Source: Yuukianura sp. NJ FZ-2021 (lineage: Eukaryota). Taken from it: DNA of 64,000 bases. Location of the stretch: assembly GCA_046563655.1 (NCBI GenBank), contig CM102285.1, positions 2,728,001 through 2,792,000 of the forward strand, in the 5' to 3' direction. Shown piece after piece: positions 40,001 through 54,000 of the stretch (position 1 is its first letter; the number at the start of each line of letters is the position of its first letter). The notes beneath the pieces are model-generated. The model ran no database searches. It was not told the origin of the DNA and saw nothing but the letters and a program-made list of their open reading frames with translations. A program made the translations under genes and the position numbers.

Positions 40001-43000
40001 AAGGAAACAAAAGGGGTTTTGGCATAAAGGAAAAAGAAACACATTCTTCATCAGAGTTATCTTTCCAAAGTCTATTCTTTTATAAATGTTTCCTTATTTT
40101 CTCCAACACACAGCTTTCTCCCCAACTCCAACTCCCAGTCTCTTCAGTCCACTACTCAAACCTACACTCTTTCGCTGCTTTTCACCAACTATTCGATTTT
40201 TAGTTTTAATCGATTAAACTCACCCTGTAGTTTGGCTTATTTTGAAAGAAAAAAAAACAGAAAAGTTTCTTTAGCAAACCAAAATATGATTTTCCAGACT
40301 TTAAAATTTTTGATTTGCTTAATTAAAATTTGCTTAATTAAATTTGTATTAATACCGAATTTCTGTCGCTACTTTTGAATATTTTGGTTTTTATCGACAG
40401 GCAACTGAGCGTGTATTTGAAGTTTTACGGTATATTGAAAAAATTCGAATGGGGCTAACTAAATGTAGTCTTTTTTGAGGATTTGATACGGTTAGGAATG
40501 AAAATTTCAAGTTTTAACCGAGTGAAAGTGGGGTGAGTTAAATTGAGAGAAAGGGGAGCAGAAGTATGTTTTTGTTGTAGGATTTCTTTTACTGTTCCAC
40601 TTGAAGGTTTTCTTTTCTCTGTTGGGTTTGTAACTCTGAAAAGTTTCCATTATAGGAAACCATAAACTATAAAGTCCAGACGCAACTGGAACTTTGAGTG
40701 GAGCTGTGTATTTTTCTTGCTCAACTTTTGGGTTATGTCTTATGTGTTTTGGACTTCGTTTTGTTACCAGGTACCAGACGCAAGATTCCCGTTTCTCGGA
40801 GTCCATTTTACGCCACGAATGGATGGAAGCGTTTGGCTTGGACCCAATGCCATTCTGGCCTTCCGCAGAGAGGGCTACGCCTGGACTCATTTTGATCACA
40901 GAGATTTTATGGATGCAATCAGATACAAAGGCTTTCACAAACTGGCAACCAAATATCTCACATTCGGACTCACAGAAATGGCCAGATCCCTGTTCCACCA
41001 ACTCCAACTCAAACAACTCCAGAAATATGTCCCAGCCATCCAGGCCAAAGACATCAGTCGGTATGTCATAAACCAAAAACATAACTTTTACGCTTAACCT
41101 TACTGTTAAAGGTTAACTCTGTGCCGATTAGTTAGGGAGACGTTTTCGTTTTGGAAAGCTAAGTTTTTGAAGAATTTGAGCTCCATTTTTTGAAAGTTGA
41201 GCTTCAGAGAAGCTCTTTTTAGCTCAAACGGTACAAAACAGTTTTTGAGAAACGAAAACAGACATTTGTCTTCTATTTGATTTTCCTGGGTGTACATGTG
41301 CCCATTTCCCTCGTCTGTTGAATTTCCAAACTACAGAGAGAGAGAGAGCTCTGTGTTGCAATATGTTTATTTTAGTGATTATCCAATATCAGACGCACAT
41401 TTACGCTTTTGGACAGACACACTAACTCTTTTTCCTCTACTATTTGTTTTGCAACTGACAAGCTAAATGGAACGAAGGAGGGGAAACACTTTTTCATTAA
41501 TTCCAATTTCGAAAAAAGAAGTAAAAAAGAGAAATTAGGCTCAATGAACAGAGAAATGGAAGTTCAAGGATAAGACTTTTCAGGATTCTCAAACTACTCC
41601 TGCATGATTAATTTTCTAACAAGCTAAACCTATAAAACTTGTCGAAAATCCAGTTTGCTGGTTTAGGCAAACATAATTTCCCAAAGTTGCTTTTAATTGG
41701 CCAAAAACTGTTTTGAAAATGAGGAACACCAAACTGTCCTCGTCTGTACGGAGTCCTCTGAAAACCGCAAAGTTTGTCACAACTCAAAAATTGGCTTTGA
41801 CTTTTTTGTTTTTTTCTGATTTCGCATCAAATTTTTATAAAAATTCGATATTCACTTTCACAATTTCTCGTGTTCACTGTTTTTTCACAACTCACTAAAA
41901 AGTGAGTTGTGCGACAATTTCATTTCCTTTTCCTTGTCAAAATTAAAATTTCAAAACTTCAGGGTTCCCTAGGGACATTGTCAGAATTGGGCCAATCACC
42001 TTTCTGTTTTTTTAAATCAGCGTTTTTGGATCGATTCAGGGATTTGAGGAACGTTTAAAACTTGGCTTTATTTTTAAATTGGTTATACTCAAGGTTCCCT
42101 CACAACTATTTAGTATTCTTTAACAGGTTACGTAATAACCTCAGTTGTTTACGAAAAAATGAGAATATCATATAAATAATATGTAAAAAATCGTTTATAA
42201 CGTCGTGGTTACGATATCCTGAATTGCAACTGAACTTTTTGTGAAATTTAAAAACAACACGAGTTATTACGCAACATGTTAAACAAAATTAAGAACAAAC
42301 CTTTGGTTATACTTTTTATCATTATTATTTTGTTTTGGAAATTTGGAGAAAGCAAGATCGCAATTACGCAGAATGGATTGGATTCGTGTGGTTTGTGACT
42401 GAAGCGGCAATTTGAAAAAATGTTTTGGTGGGAAATTTGAATTTGGCGATGAAGCATTTGTGACTTTGTTCATTTGTCGGGGGGAAGGAGCTGGAAGGGG
42501 GCAGTGAGTGCGGTGACAAAGCAATTCCATTAAAGTGAATTAATGAATTTGTTGGTGGTGGGATGCTTGGGTCTTTTATTTGTTTTAGTTTGTGCTTTGG
42601 ACTTCTATTATGTTCTGACTCTGACTTATAGAATGGCCCCATGGCCAGACTCTGTTTTTGCCCAGCACTGCAAGTCTCTCAATCCATGACATTTCTTCTT
42701 CCAAAGACTAATCATGTCGTTAGGTCCACAGAGACGAACTCACGATTTGGCTAAGCGCTCTGATTCGTCTTGATGTCACATTCAGCGACTCAGCAGTCAC
42801 CACCAGAATTCGGCTTCCGAAATACTGCTGGGCACCATGCAGACCCGGCATTCCGAAGAACAAACCATTTGTAACCCCGCTGACCACTGAAGGAGCAGAG
42901 ACAAAGAGTTTAGTTCCTTTGAACCCAGCAAAACCCAATGTGTCACTCCACTTTCCAACTCAAATTTTAATCACCCCATTAGTTTTGATCGATTTTCGGT

Positions 43001-45727
43001 TTTATTCCCTAGGGAATGAAGATTTAGGTTGGTTTAGCTTCTGATTTTAATCAGAAGATGCTTCTCAACCCTAAGCTACTAACGCAGGATTAGGATTTTC
43101 TTGGCGGGAAAAGTTTATAAAGTTGGTGGAAAAGTATCTCTTTGGGTTCTGGGTAGTAAATCTGTGTGGTGTTTGGTGAGAGATTGGAGGCTGGACATTA
43201 GTGACCTCGGAATCTTCTCTCCGTGACCTCAGGATAATGTGATTGTGTAAACGAGGAGCTTTAACTTTTGGCGGGAAAAAAAGTTTTGGGTTGGAAATTG
43301 TTGAGAACAAATGAGACAACGGACGGAGAGGGGGAAAGTTTTGAGCCTTTCTTTTCCCAATAATGAAAAGTTTTAAGGACTTTCCCATGTTCCCGCGATT
43401 CTCCAAAAACTAAAAGCTTAGACTCTGAAGCACAAAACAAAGTTTCTACTAAAGTAAGATTGGAATTGGTTTGAAGGGAAAAGTTGTTGAAGGACTTTGA
43501 ATCACTGGTATTTGGAGAGTCGATTAGTTGCAAACATTTCAACCCACTGTTCCAAACATCCTTCTTTTTTCAAAATACCCGCTTTTAATACTTTCCACTT
43601 TTGGATCGCGCATCTTCCCGTATGCATAAAGCTGACTTTCACAAAAACTCGAAATCGGGAAAGTTCAATTATAGGAATTACTTTCCCGCCAGGACCGCTC
43701 CACACTTGTTCTATCCACTATTTTAATTTTATTTAATTATTTTAATTTTCGCTAATTAATAACAATTATCTTGTTTTTCCTAACACACATTTTTTCTGTG
43801 TTCAATTTTGTGTACTTTTGTCCTCTGCTCTTTTTTTCATCAGTATTCAAGTTTTTCCAGTGTTTTTTTTATATCAAGTGTTTTTCAGTTTCTGGTATTT
43901 TGGAGCACACTGTATTTTTGGTAGCCGTAAACGAAACATTTTTTGGCATTTGGTTTGTGTGGAACACACTGTATTTCCGGGTTACTTGTGTTGTGTAGCT
44001 TGGAAGCGCAGAAAAAGCAGCCAAATTCAAAGTATTGATTCTTGTTAGGCTGTTGGGCTTATTAACTTTTGCACACAAAAGAAAATTAGTCTTTTGTCTT
44101 CTTTCGCTTTTACCCGCTTTTTTCATTTTCGGGAGAAACTTAGAGGGGGAAGAGAAGGCGCGGGCGAAGGAATTGTTAAATTGCATGACTCATTATCATG
44201 ATTCATGGAGGCCCTGCAGGAGACTTCGTTATTCTTTTCTCCCTATCTTATTTTCGCTATAAGAATTTGCACAAAAGTCCAAATAGGCAAAAGATGGAGA
44301 AAAAAAAGTAAACAGAATGATGAATAATCGATGATGACGAACTTGTAGGCAGAAACTGCAGTAACTGCAGGTTTTAGGTGAATTAAGGCAAACTTAAGCC
44401 TGCTTGCACCAACCAATTTCCTATACTGTCCAATGACGATCAATGTCTCTGACTGCTACTTTTATGACTTGGGCTGACATGAAGGAGAGTCCAAGTCAAT
44501 GGAGTCATTTCATATTTCCTTTCCAGAAAAGTATTTTTTGTTTTCTTGTGTAAACCTTGTTTTATGGTTGTTGAAACCAAGACTAAGGAAGTACTGTCGT
44601 TTTAAGCCAATTTGAAATTGGACATGATGCAAGTTAGTGAGGACAAAAATTATGAACAACAAAATCAATAAAACCAATTCCTGTGCGAGTCATTTTTTTC
44701 AACTAAAAAAGACGCAACTGCTGACAAATCAAAGTCGAAATTTTCTTGGGGCCAAAAAAAAACTTGTACTATTAAAATGAACTTTTTCAAGTTCTTACTT
44801 TTAGTGGAAGCGAGGACTATAAACTGATGTTGAGTTGTTGTTTTTGTCAAAAATTCCTTAGGCTGTGTGCAGACTGGGTTTGGTACTGAAAGTTTAAGGA
44901 TTTGTGACCTGAGGGAGAGCGATGTGAAGAATAGCAAGTTTTGACGGGATAAGAAATTGATAGTAGATGACAAAGCTCTTTTTTAATTTTGACAATGGAC
45001 AACCCCTCCCCAATTTCTAAGCCGATCACAATTTGAACCTGTTGAGGAACCAGTATAGTCTAGTCGTTATGTTGGCTTTGCTTAGGTTAGGTGAGTCGGC
45101 AGACTGTACTTTGATCATGTCATGTCAAAGTGGGCAACTTTATCACCATCATGTTAGCGTGTCTCTGCGCCAATGTTGGCTCTCGGAGACTTTTTGAAAT
45201 TTTCTTCCGCTTTTGGCCGCCTCTGATTGTCAGTACAGGAGGCTTTAGCTGTAGCCCCTCTGTGTATTATTGGATTCGCCTCCTACATAATTGATGTCCA
45301 AATTGCATGCAACAACGACCGTAGATTCATTGTTGGATAAAGAAATGTCTTTTCTGGAAATACACTTTATGTCACTCTGTCCGTCTGTCTGTTTGTCTGT
45401 CTGTCTGGGATTTTGAGAATAGTTTGTTTGTATTAGCGTATAGTTTGTTGATTTTATAAGTTTTAGTACGCTTCTTCCAAAAATTGGTCACTAATGCTCT
45501 TTGTTTGTTTTTTTTTTTTTTTTTACAGTGGACCGGCCGGAGTGAGGGCGCAGGCGCTAGATGTGAACGGAGAACTAGTGGATGACTTTGTCTTTGACTC
45601 TGGAACTGGGCCTCTGGCAAGCCGAATTTTGCATGTACGAAATTGTCCTAGTCCTGGAGCCACTTCTTCACTAGCAATCGCCTCCCAAATTTTGGAAAAA
45701 GTCAAGCAGCAGTTCACCGCACTTTGA
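34082..45727 (+). CDS. L2HGDH: L-2-hydroxyglutarate dehydrogenase, mitochondrial, ~467 aa, 8 exons
   Basis: Exons 34082-34212, 34357-34424, 34512-34589, 37396-37682, 37818-38006, 38131-38292, 40771-41060 and 45529-45727 are in frame. Motifs [66 protein letters not shown]; Ser/Arg-rich N-terminal presequence. The start codon is less certain. Confidence 0.93.
34743..34909. mobile_element. TTAA-flanked MITE (piggyBac-like) in L2HGDH intron 3
   Basis: Perfect TIR CAGGTTGGGTACTA / TAGTACCCAACCTG with TTAA on both sides (34739-34742, 34910-34913). Confidence 0.75.
35270..35400 (-). mobile_element. Possible degraded non-LTR retrotransposon reverse-transcriptase remnant
   Basis: Minus-strand translation [25 protein letters not shown] resembles the LINE RT 'QG..LSP' motif; the surrounding frames are broken. 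Confidence 0.35.
42090..42304. mobile_element. Second copy of the CAAGG MITE seen at 16074
   Basis: Shares TTTAGTATTCTTTA, ATTGCAACTGAACTTT and TTATTACGCAAC blocks; TSD GGTTATACT (42081-42089, 42305-42313). Confidence 0.78.
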
Positions 45728-47737
45728 GAACCTCTTTAGAATTTGAGAGTTTCTTTGGGCCAAATTTCAGGATAGAAGTTTTAAGTGAAAATTCGTCTTT
45801 TGAAAATTTGTGAGACGGTAGAATGAAAAGAAGTTTATTTTATTTACAAGTAAAAGCAAAAGTTGAGAGTTGCTTTGAGCAAGACGTTAATCATGGTTCA
45901 TCCAGTTTAGAGTTCGTGCTGCTCTGTAATATGAATATGAATGAGCATGAACCATGAGAGAATTGAAAGGGTTTGATTTATATTTGAGTGCTCTATGGAA
46001 TTTGCGTGGGTTGATCTTGTGTGATGATGAAATGGACGTATGAGCACGTCTTGTAGCTGCAGTCGTAGAGTTAGAGTGCTTACGAGGGAATTAATGCATC
46101 TACAAAGTCCATTAAAGGTTAACTTACTCTATTGGATAACATTAGGCTTACATAAATGGAATGCCTTTGGAGAGTTCTGGACAGCCCTTGCCCTTCCTGC
46201 TAGGCAGGCATTGTTCCTTGTCATATTTGTGCAAAGAGGCCCTCATCAAATCTAAACTTTTCAAAGTTTGGAGCCATGAAATGGGCTCTGCTTTTAGTTG
46301 GTTGGGGTAAGTTGAGACTTTGGAAAAGAACTGCAAATGAAGTAGAAGTATTTTAGATTAGTTTTCTAAATCAGGAGAAACAACTATTACTTGTTTGAAA
46401 TCGGATCCACTTTGGGTGCCTAAAATGGAAGAGAATTCAAATTAATGCTGACAGACAATACGATGGTGAAGGTAGGAGAGAGTTTCCATTAGGAATTAAA
46501 TTATTCCCCGCCTTAAAACGAACTGCGCCAAACAGCGTAGTCAAGCCTTAAACACCAGAAAAAGGTGGAGAAGTGTAAAGGAAGACTGGAAGTTTATTAA
46601 CATGACAGCGTGCAAGGGGTTTCAGACAACTAATTCTGACTTTTATAGGCAGTCCAGGGGTTGTTCAGAATATAAATCACTTTTGATCGATTAAAACCGC
46701 TCGTTTAATTCGATTAACTTCAATGGTCACACAAGCACTTATTATTGTCAACTGCAACCTAGCTAAATTAAAAGTGAACGTTGTGTATTTTTTTTTACTG
46801 AACCCATTTTTTTTTTCAGAAAAGTTGTCTGTATTTCTTGAATTAAATGTTACAAATGACTTTAATCGACTAAAATGCGAGATGGTATTAAACGAAATTC
46901 ATAAACCAGCGTGTAGCATGGGTTTTAGTGAAACGAGATTTTGCGTTTGGTAGTTTTCAGTATGCGAATAGTAAAACCTACTCGAGCGGATCATGTAGTA
47001 TTCGTAACCAGTGAAATCGCTTCGGAGAAAACTTTCTGGCTTTCTTTTGATCTACTATTGCTGTGACTTTTAATTCAAGTTGTGCAAAGTGGTTCACACA
47101 AAAGCACATGAAATGAGAACGCAACTAAATTAATTCTAAGAACAGCTCAACGTAGTACTAGTCTCCAAGCACCGGAAAAAAGGCTTTGAGCTGGTGGAGG
47201 AAGTAGCCTGCTGAGCGCTAACTAATATTTGCTGCCGGGGAGACTCGATCCACCGCCACCGCTTTCCGTAGCCTCTACTTGTCGACATTGGATTCCATAT
47301 TTTTATATCCTTGTTCCCTCTCTGTTGCAATAATCATAAAAATTAAAGTACCTAACCAGCGTAGTTGAATTCTAAACACAACATCCAGGAAAGTTGATAC
47401 GTAGTTCTGTTTTTTTCGAAAAACATTTCTGGAGGGAACTTCATTTCTTTTGTTTCTTAAATCAACGAGGACGTAAATCAAGGGGTGCAGTGGTGATAAG
47501 AGAATTAATTATTGCCACGCAAGAATACAAGAAAAAACAACCTAAAGGTGGGCTGGGCTCAGCAATAAGATTCACATCTCCTTAACATCAAAATAAAATC
47601 TACAGAGTTGCTCTTCAACAATTTTACGCCAGTTTTGCTTCATTCTCAATTCTTTGTAGTTTCGAATTTTAGGTGTGAGGTCTACTAATAGAGTTCACAT
47701 GGTATGGAAAATTGAAATGAAGAGTGTAGAAAAATAT

Positions 47738-47808
47738 AGAGAACCGAGTAAGATTCGCACCTACATCTCTTCAATCCTGGCAGATGTTGTAACCGTTGAG
47801 CTATAGAA
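47738..47808 (-). pseudogene. Degenerate tRNA-like sequence (tRNA pseudogene or SINE head)
   Basis: Minus strand TAGCTCAACGGTTA (A-box-like) and GTAGGTGCGAATCTTAC (B-box/T-arm-like) at tRNA spacing; the stems are imperfect. Confidence 0.45.
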
Positions 47809-47920
47809 ATTTTCTAAATCGGAATTTCTAAATGGAGCAATCGAAATAGCGGCATTAACGTTGGAAACGCTGGAAAATTTTCTATTAAATAATTAAAATT
47901 TCTACAATTAAGAAAAAAAC

Positions 47921-48060
47921 CAACAGCCATTGGTTCAAAATTTAATTGGTTCAACAGTTTAAATGGTTCAAAACATTAGGTTCAATGTGTATTTAGGTGA
48001 GGTTTATAAACTAATTTGTTGAACCATTTTACTTTGAACCAATTTAGTTGAACTAACTGT
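47921..48060. mobile_element. Foldback MITE-like element
   Basis: Four GGTTCAA units followed by inverted TTGAAC(C) units around a TTAGGTGAGGTT centre. Confidence 0.5.
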
Positions 48061-51000
48061 ATGCAACACAACCAGGAGAATTCACAGGAAAAGAAAGAAA
48101 GCCCCATCGGATCGATTCTCACCCGGGGAATTTTTTTTAGTAGTGAACTTGCTCAAACATGAATGCCCATCCTGTACTTTTTCCTGTTGGTATGTGAAGC
48201 TCATTGTGAATCAAATTCATAGGAATGCAAGTGCATTTGTAGTGAAGAAGAGGAGAATAGTTAGATTAGTAGTATAATAGAATAAGACAATGGATGGGAT
48301 TAGCGTGTGCTGGGAGTGGAAACTGAGCGTTAATTAAAAATATAAAAAACTCAAAGTGTTTTTAAGATATCGCAAAGTATCACAATGAGCATTTTAGTTC
48401 CGTTTCTACTGTCCTGTGTGACATTAGACTTGTTTGAAATATTCAATTTTAAATGGAGCTTTTTAGATTTCAGTAAAAATTTCTTATCGAGGAGAACACG
48501 CCATGCTGTGCCGCTTGAGTGGCAGAAGTGGCGTGATAGGTGCAGTTAGACGTTTGTTTTACGCAACCAATATTTAATGAAAGTGGGCTTCACTTTTTAG
48601 TAGGTAAAAAATAATGCCTTTTTGTTGTTGTTTTTTGAATTGAAAAGTGACTAGTTTTGTATTAATTGTTTTATAGGAGGTCGTTTGGTGAAGAATAATT
48701 GGACTAAATTGGTAGTTATTTATTGCTTGGTGCATCTCATCTTTTAATTGCTCTACACAAACTTGTGTCGAAAGTAGTCATTCCAGTTTCGAAATTCAGA
48801 ACGTTCAAATGGAAAAGTTCCATTTTTTACTTATAAGAAAAGGAGATAAGTTTCGAGAAACTACAAAAAAGCGTAAAAAATTTACTTTAACTTTTCCTGG
48901 TCAACAGGAAACTATTAATTTCAACATTACGTGCAAAGGATTTACTTTTTTTTAAATGTGAAATGTTGCAAACTAAAGTCAGTTAGCAGATGCGTAACGA
49001 TGTAAATTTTTTAAAAGTAAAGCGTTTCATGCACAAATTAGGTACGGAATAAGTTGATTGATGTGTGACAAGGCTGTTGACTCAAATGAAGTGTCGTTTT
49101 TTAAGTAAAAAACGTGAAACTCGGTGGTAACGTTTAAACTGAAACATTTAACACTACAACATACGGATGTTCACACAAAATTTGGAATCAAAAAAATGGA
49201 AAATTTTCTTGAAACTTGAAATTCTGCTTCGGTTGAATTAAATTTTCCTCCGTTTTTTTCCTTCTGGTATCTGTTCCTTGGAGGACTAAAATCCATTAGG
49301 TTTAGGCTAAAATGTTGAGTGTGTAAAATTGGCATTTAATCATCCCGACCCTAGTGTGAAAAGCAGTTTTTTCCGTTAAGACAAGAGGGGGAAGAGGTTA
49401 AGAATTCCTTACATTAGGTTTTAGCCTAACGTTAAACCTTAGAATCAATTGTTATTAGGCTAATGGAAGGAGAGCTCGTGTGAATGGGATTAATAATTCA
49501 AAATGAAATGATAGGCAAAGTCTCTATCTCCAATATGATCTCTTAAGGGCTCTTCCTTCCAAGTCAGGTTAAGTTAGGAGGTTATGTTAGAAGAAAAAGA
49601 GCGTCTCTTAAGAAGATGGGCAGAGACAGGGAAGGCCTCCAGGGACAACTTGGAAGTTAGTAAAAAAGGAGGGAAATTGAGCATTTCAAAAATTATGCTC
49701 ATAATACCATGAGTTATGGATACGACTATGCAGTTTCTATGAGGCGTTGCGCTGCGAGGAGGCGCTGTTTGTACGAAAATAAAACATTCTGAGGCAAAGT
49801 TTAAAAACAAAATTGAAAATTTTGTTATGAGTTTTTAAATTTCGAGACAGCAAGGACATAAACTTTGGACAAAATCAAAAGTTGGCGATTATTTCTATTA
49901 CTATACAGCATTGACTAAAATGTTTTTGTTATTTTTTTTTGGTAAATCAGTTCATGCTTTGGAAACAATGAATTTTTGTGCAGGATTTATTTACACTCAT
50001 TTGATACACGATTTTTGTGCATGGTAAAAGGGCAAATGGTTAACAAGAAAAAAATTACTACTTCGTAAACTGAAAACTTTTGTTGAAAAAAAAAAGATTC
50101 CAGTTGTTTGTTAGTATCATGAAGACAACAATTAATTGAGCCAAATGCAAAGGCCAAAAAAAATTTCAACTAAAAAAGTTGCAGAAGTGACAATAAATTT
50201 TTGGTGTGGTGCAGTTAGTGTAGAAACGAGTAAAGTCATAAATCAATTGGAGTTTGAACGAAGTTGTAACTTTTGCAAAAGTTTCTCTCTCCGTTTGTTT
50301 TATGTTGTTTTGAGAGGGGGGAAATTGTAGAAAATTAGCCCACAGCAGGATGTTGTTTTGCATCATGCGTCACAAGATGTGTTTTTGTGCACAACCCTCT
50401 TTTGTAACTTTTCAATAAAACGAGTTATGTTTTCTTATTTCTGTTTTCGACTTTTCAAAAAGTTAACTACTCTCCTGGGCACATCACAACTCTCCAACAT
50501 TTTCAACATGTTTACGATTATGCCCATGTGTGGTTGTGGTGCAACAGAAATTGCGGTTTTAAACTCAGTTATTACCGAAACTAAAAACTGTTAATTTTAG
50601 CAACCATTGTCACCCCATAGACATTTTTTACTTCATCTTGAAGGTTACTGCTTCCCGTATTGTTGGTTACCAAGGTTACTCATGTTTCAGGTTACCCTTC
50701 GGAATTCTGTTGAAACCATGGTTACCGGATACCGTACCGTGTCTTCTAAAATTTAAGTTTGACTCCGCGGGTGACCTGGCGCACAACTGGTTTTGTCTCC
50801 CTCTTAAGATTTTTTAGATTTTTTTTTTTGAAATTTCAAACTCTCAGAAGTTGTAGAATTTTTATTTGGTCTAACGACACTTGTTTCTGTTGAAATTAAG
50901 CAGAGTGCTTGTCCTAGTTCCTTTGTTTGGATCCTGAGAACCTTTTGCCTTCTTGAAATAATTTCGAGTTCCATCACGTCTCTGTTTAATGATCCAGCTC

Positions 51001-54000
51001 CAACATTTTTTTTAGAAACTGGATTCTGGATGCGGGTAAAAACCCGTGGGATCCACTTCCATTGCCTCCATTTCTCTCATTATGCAACTGCACTTTTGGA
51101 CTGCAGGCCGCCTGCAAACCAAGAAACATTAAAATTTCAATTTCCAGTAAATTTTTTTTTCAAGGTTTGTTCAAATTCTTTAGAAATTTGCTCTCTGGGC
51201 ATCTTTGAGCCAAATATGGACCGAAAGAATAAAGGTTTTGTGTAGAATAAGGTGTTCAGAAGACGTTGTTGTTGTGTGGATGTTCTGGAAAGAGAGTGAT
51301 GGAATGATGATGAAAATGATGCAAGGGAGATTGTGGATTGTGGAATACACAATCCACAGTATGGTTTGTAGATTTGAACACAATCTGAGCAACTTAAAGT
51401 CTTGGAGAGTTATGGAGATGCGTACAATTTGAAGTGTTTGTGCTTTCATGAGGCTCAACAATGGAGAAATCCAATTATGCCCAAACATTCTTCCAAGCAC
51501 GACATTCCTCGCTGATCAGCAAGTCATTTTGTATACTTGTATACCATGGCTCAAAAATAATCTAGACAATACTATTAATACTTATTCTTATGGGCCGCAG
51601 TTTCAAAATTTTTAGAGGATTTTGAAAATGGCGGAATTGAATAGTTGATAAGGGGATGTCCATTTCGATCCATACTCATTCAATAGTAAAAACATTTTCT
51701 CCTAACGTGCAGTTGGAAAAGGAGAAAGCGATTTAGACAAAGACAAAACCTTTAAGATTGTCCAAATAGGAAATTTCTAGTTAAAAAGAGCTTTTTCCAT
51801 CAAAATAAATATTTAATGGTTTTAAAAATTAAGCAACGTGGGAACAACGTGCAATCTAAAAAGCTTTTCAATACAAGCGATATTCAAAATTCAATTATTT
51901 TCAAACAACCAATTGGCAAATTTTCACAAAAAGAAATCAAATGACAATTTTTGTCTGAAAAGAAACAACGATAAATTAATTTGTAATTCAATTACATTTT
52001 TATCCCAAGTATACTTTGAAAAAAAGAAGAAAAACGATTTTCGAAATTTGGGGAAAAAAAGTTTCGAAAAAGGTTTCATCAAAACGACATGATATGCATG
52101 TTCAGATGTTTGTGGTTTCAAAGGAACTGTTTTTAAAAAAGAATTGTCTAATTTCAATTTTTGAGAGTAGGGAAGTACTGTACTATTTTATTCATAAAAT
52201 GAGTTGGTCGTTACCGTAAAGTTTCGTAAAAGTAAACGATTATTTTCTATATTAATAAGGATAATGTTCGTGGGTTAGTAGATTGTTTGCTACTTTCCAG
52301 ACTCTATAGTTTAATATCATTTTTGAAAATGGTGGTTCTTAGGTTTTGAAACTGCCAAGTTGCAAAACTAAGGAATTGTGGAGATGATTACCTCCTTTTA
52401 AACCGAAGTGCTTTGTTTCTAAAGTCTCCTTTTCAGTATAGATGAAAATGCGGGCAGGAAGGGAAAGTTGCCGGGAAGTTTTGAAAAAGAAGTTGGAAAA
52501 CGCAATTAAGAATGAAAGGAGAAACAATAATCCGCTTATGGCTCCAACTGAAGGAGATGAGATTGGTTAGGGTAGGTTTGGGGAAAGATAATAAAGAAAG
52601 AAGAAGATGCTTCAAAATTTGAGAGACTTTGGAGGGAAACTGTCAGTGGGGGGCTTAAAGAATGGTTGAAACGCAACGTCAGTTAACGCAGGTTAATTGA
52701 AATTTTAATGGAAGAGAAGTTAAGGACGGTGAGGCTTAGAGTTATTATTTCTCTCCTCTTATTATCATTTTCAAAAAAAAATTAACTTTTTAAAGAAAAC
52801 TTTCACTACCAAACTACTCAAGAAACTTCAACTTTCAAAAGTATTTAGCAAAATTTCTGACAAAATTTAATTTCGGATTATCGGAACAATTTTCAAAAAG
52901 TTTCAGTTTTAGGTTTTAAGCTAAAATTCCCGTTTTTAACTTATAAGTGCCATAATTTCTCAAATTGTTTTCTGATAACAAAAGTAGTTGAGGTGTATTG
53001 AAATCCATTTCCATTTAAATTTCATAAATTTAGGGCATAATAAGAGTCCAATTCAACCTGGACTAATTTTTTTGCACTTCTCTGATTTTTGATAATAAGC
53101 GCCACTTGAGGTAACGTTATTAGAAGTTTTACGGTAACTCAAACCCGTTCGATGTTGTTGTATACAATTTCAAGGACTTCTGTGTTTGTGTGTACGTATG
53201 TATATATTTATGTATAATATACTTTATTTAGCCAAGGCAACTTTGTTTTGAGCAGCTCAGAGTTAGTTAGTGTAAGTTTTGGATAAGATAATGAAGGAGC
53301 GCCAGTCCACTCGAATCAAGTTTGTTTACGCCAAAGTACGTAGAATTTACTACAGCTAATTACGTAACTAGAATTTCCACTCATTATACCATTGTACAAA
53401 TGAAGTGGGGCATACGAAACGAAAGAACGAGAGGATTCTATTCTAACGTCCTTCACTCCTGTCATTCCCCTCGTCACAAATATTTTGTTTCCATTTGGAA
53501 AAGTGTGGGCGAGGTTTCAAATCGCATTGACAAAAAATGAAACTATTCCACAGACTCAGCAGAAGTGGAACCGTGACGAAAGGGGTTTATTTTCGTCAAT
53601 CCATTGCGCCTGCGCGTCACTGCAGTTTGGCCTTAATCCTTGCGATTTCTATTGCCCAATTGGAACTCATGACAAGAACTAAAGACTAAAGACGGATTGT
53701 CAAATCTAAATATCATTAATAACATTTTAGGTTCTTGGAAGTTGGGCAAATCCGACCGGTATGGATTGTTTAAATCTTTTTGAATTTTTGAAAGTTCAAA
53801 GCACTCCGCCTAAAAAGTTTAAATTGGAGCAGGGATAAATGTGTTTTGGATTCACAGAAAGTTTAACATGGTTTTTCCAAGAGATGATTTTAGAGGTCGA
53901 GAGGTCAAAATCATCGAAATTGTTTCGGTTTCGAATGGAGTGGATGAGCATCTGCCGGCATTTGAGTGGTGCGCGGCTCGGTTAGATTAAACAAAAAACA

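Noticed and set aside
39607-40085. Overlapping 61-145 aa ORFs in an L2HGDH intron
   Set aside because: Low-complexity purine/pyrimidine-biased sequence with no recognisable domain.
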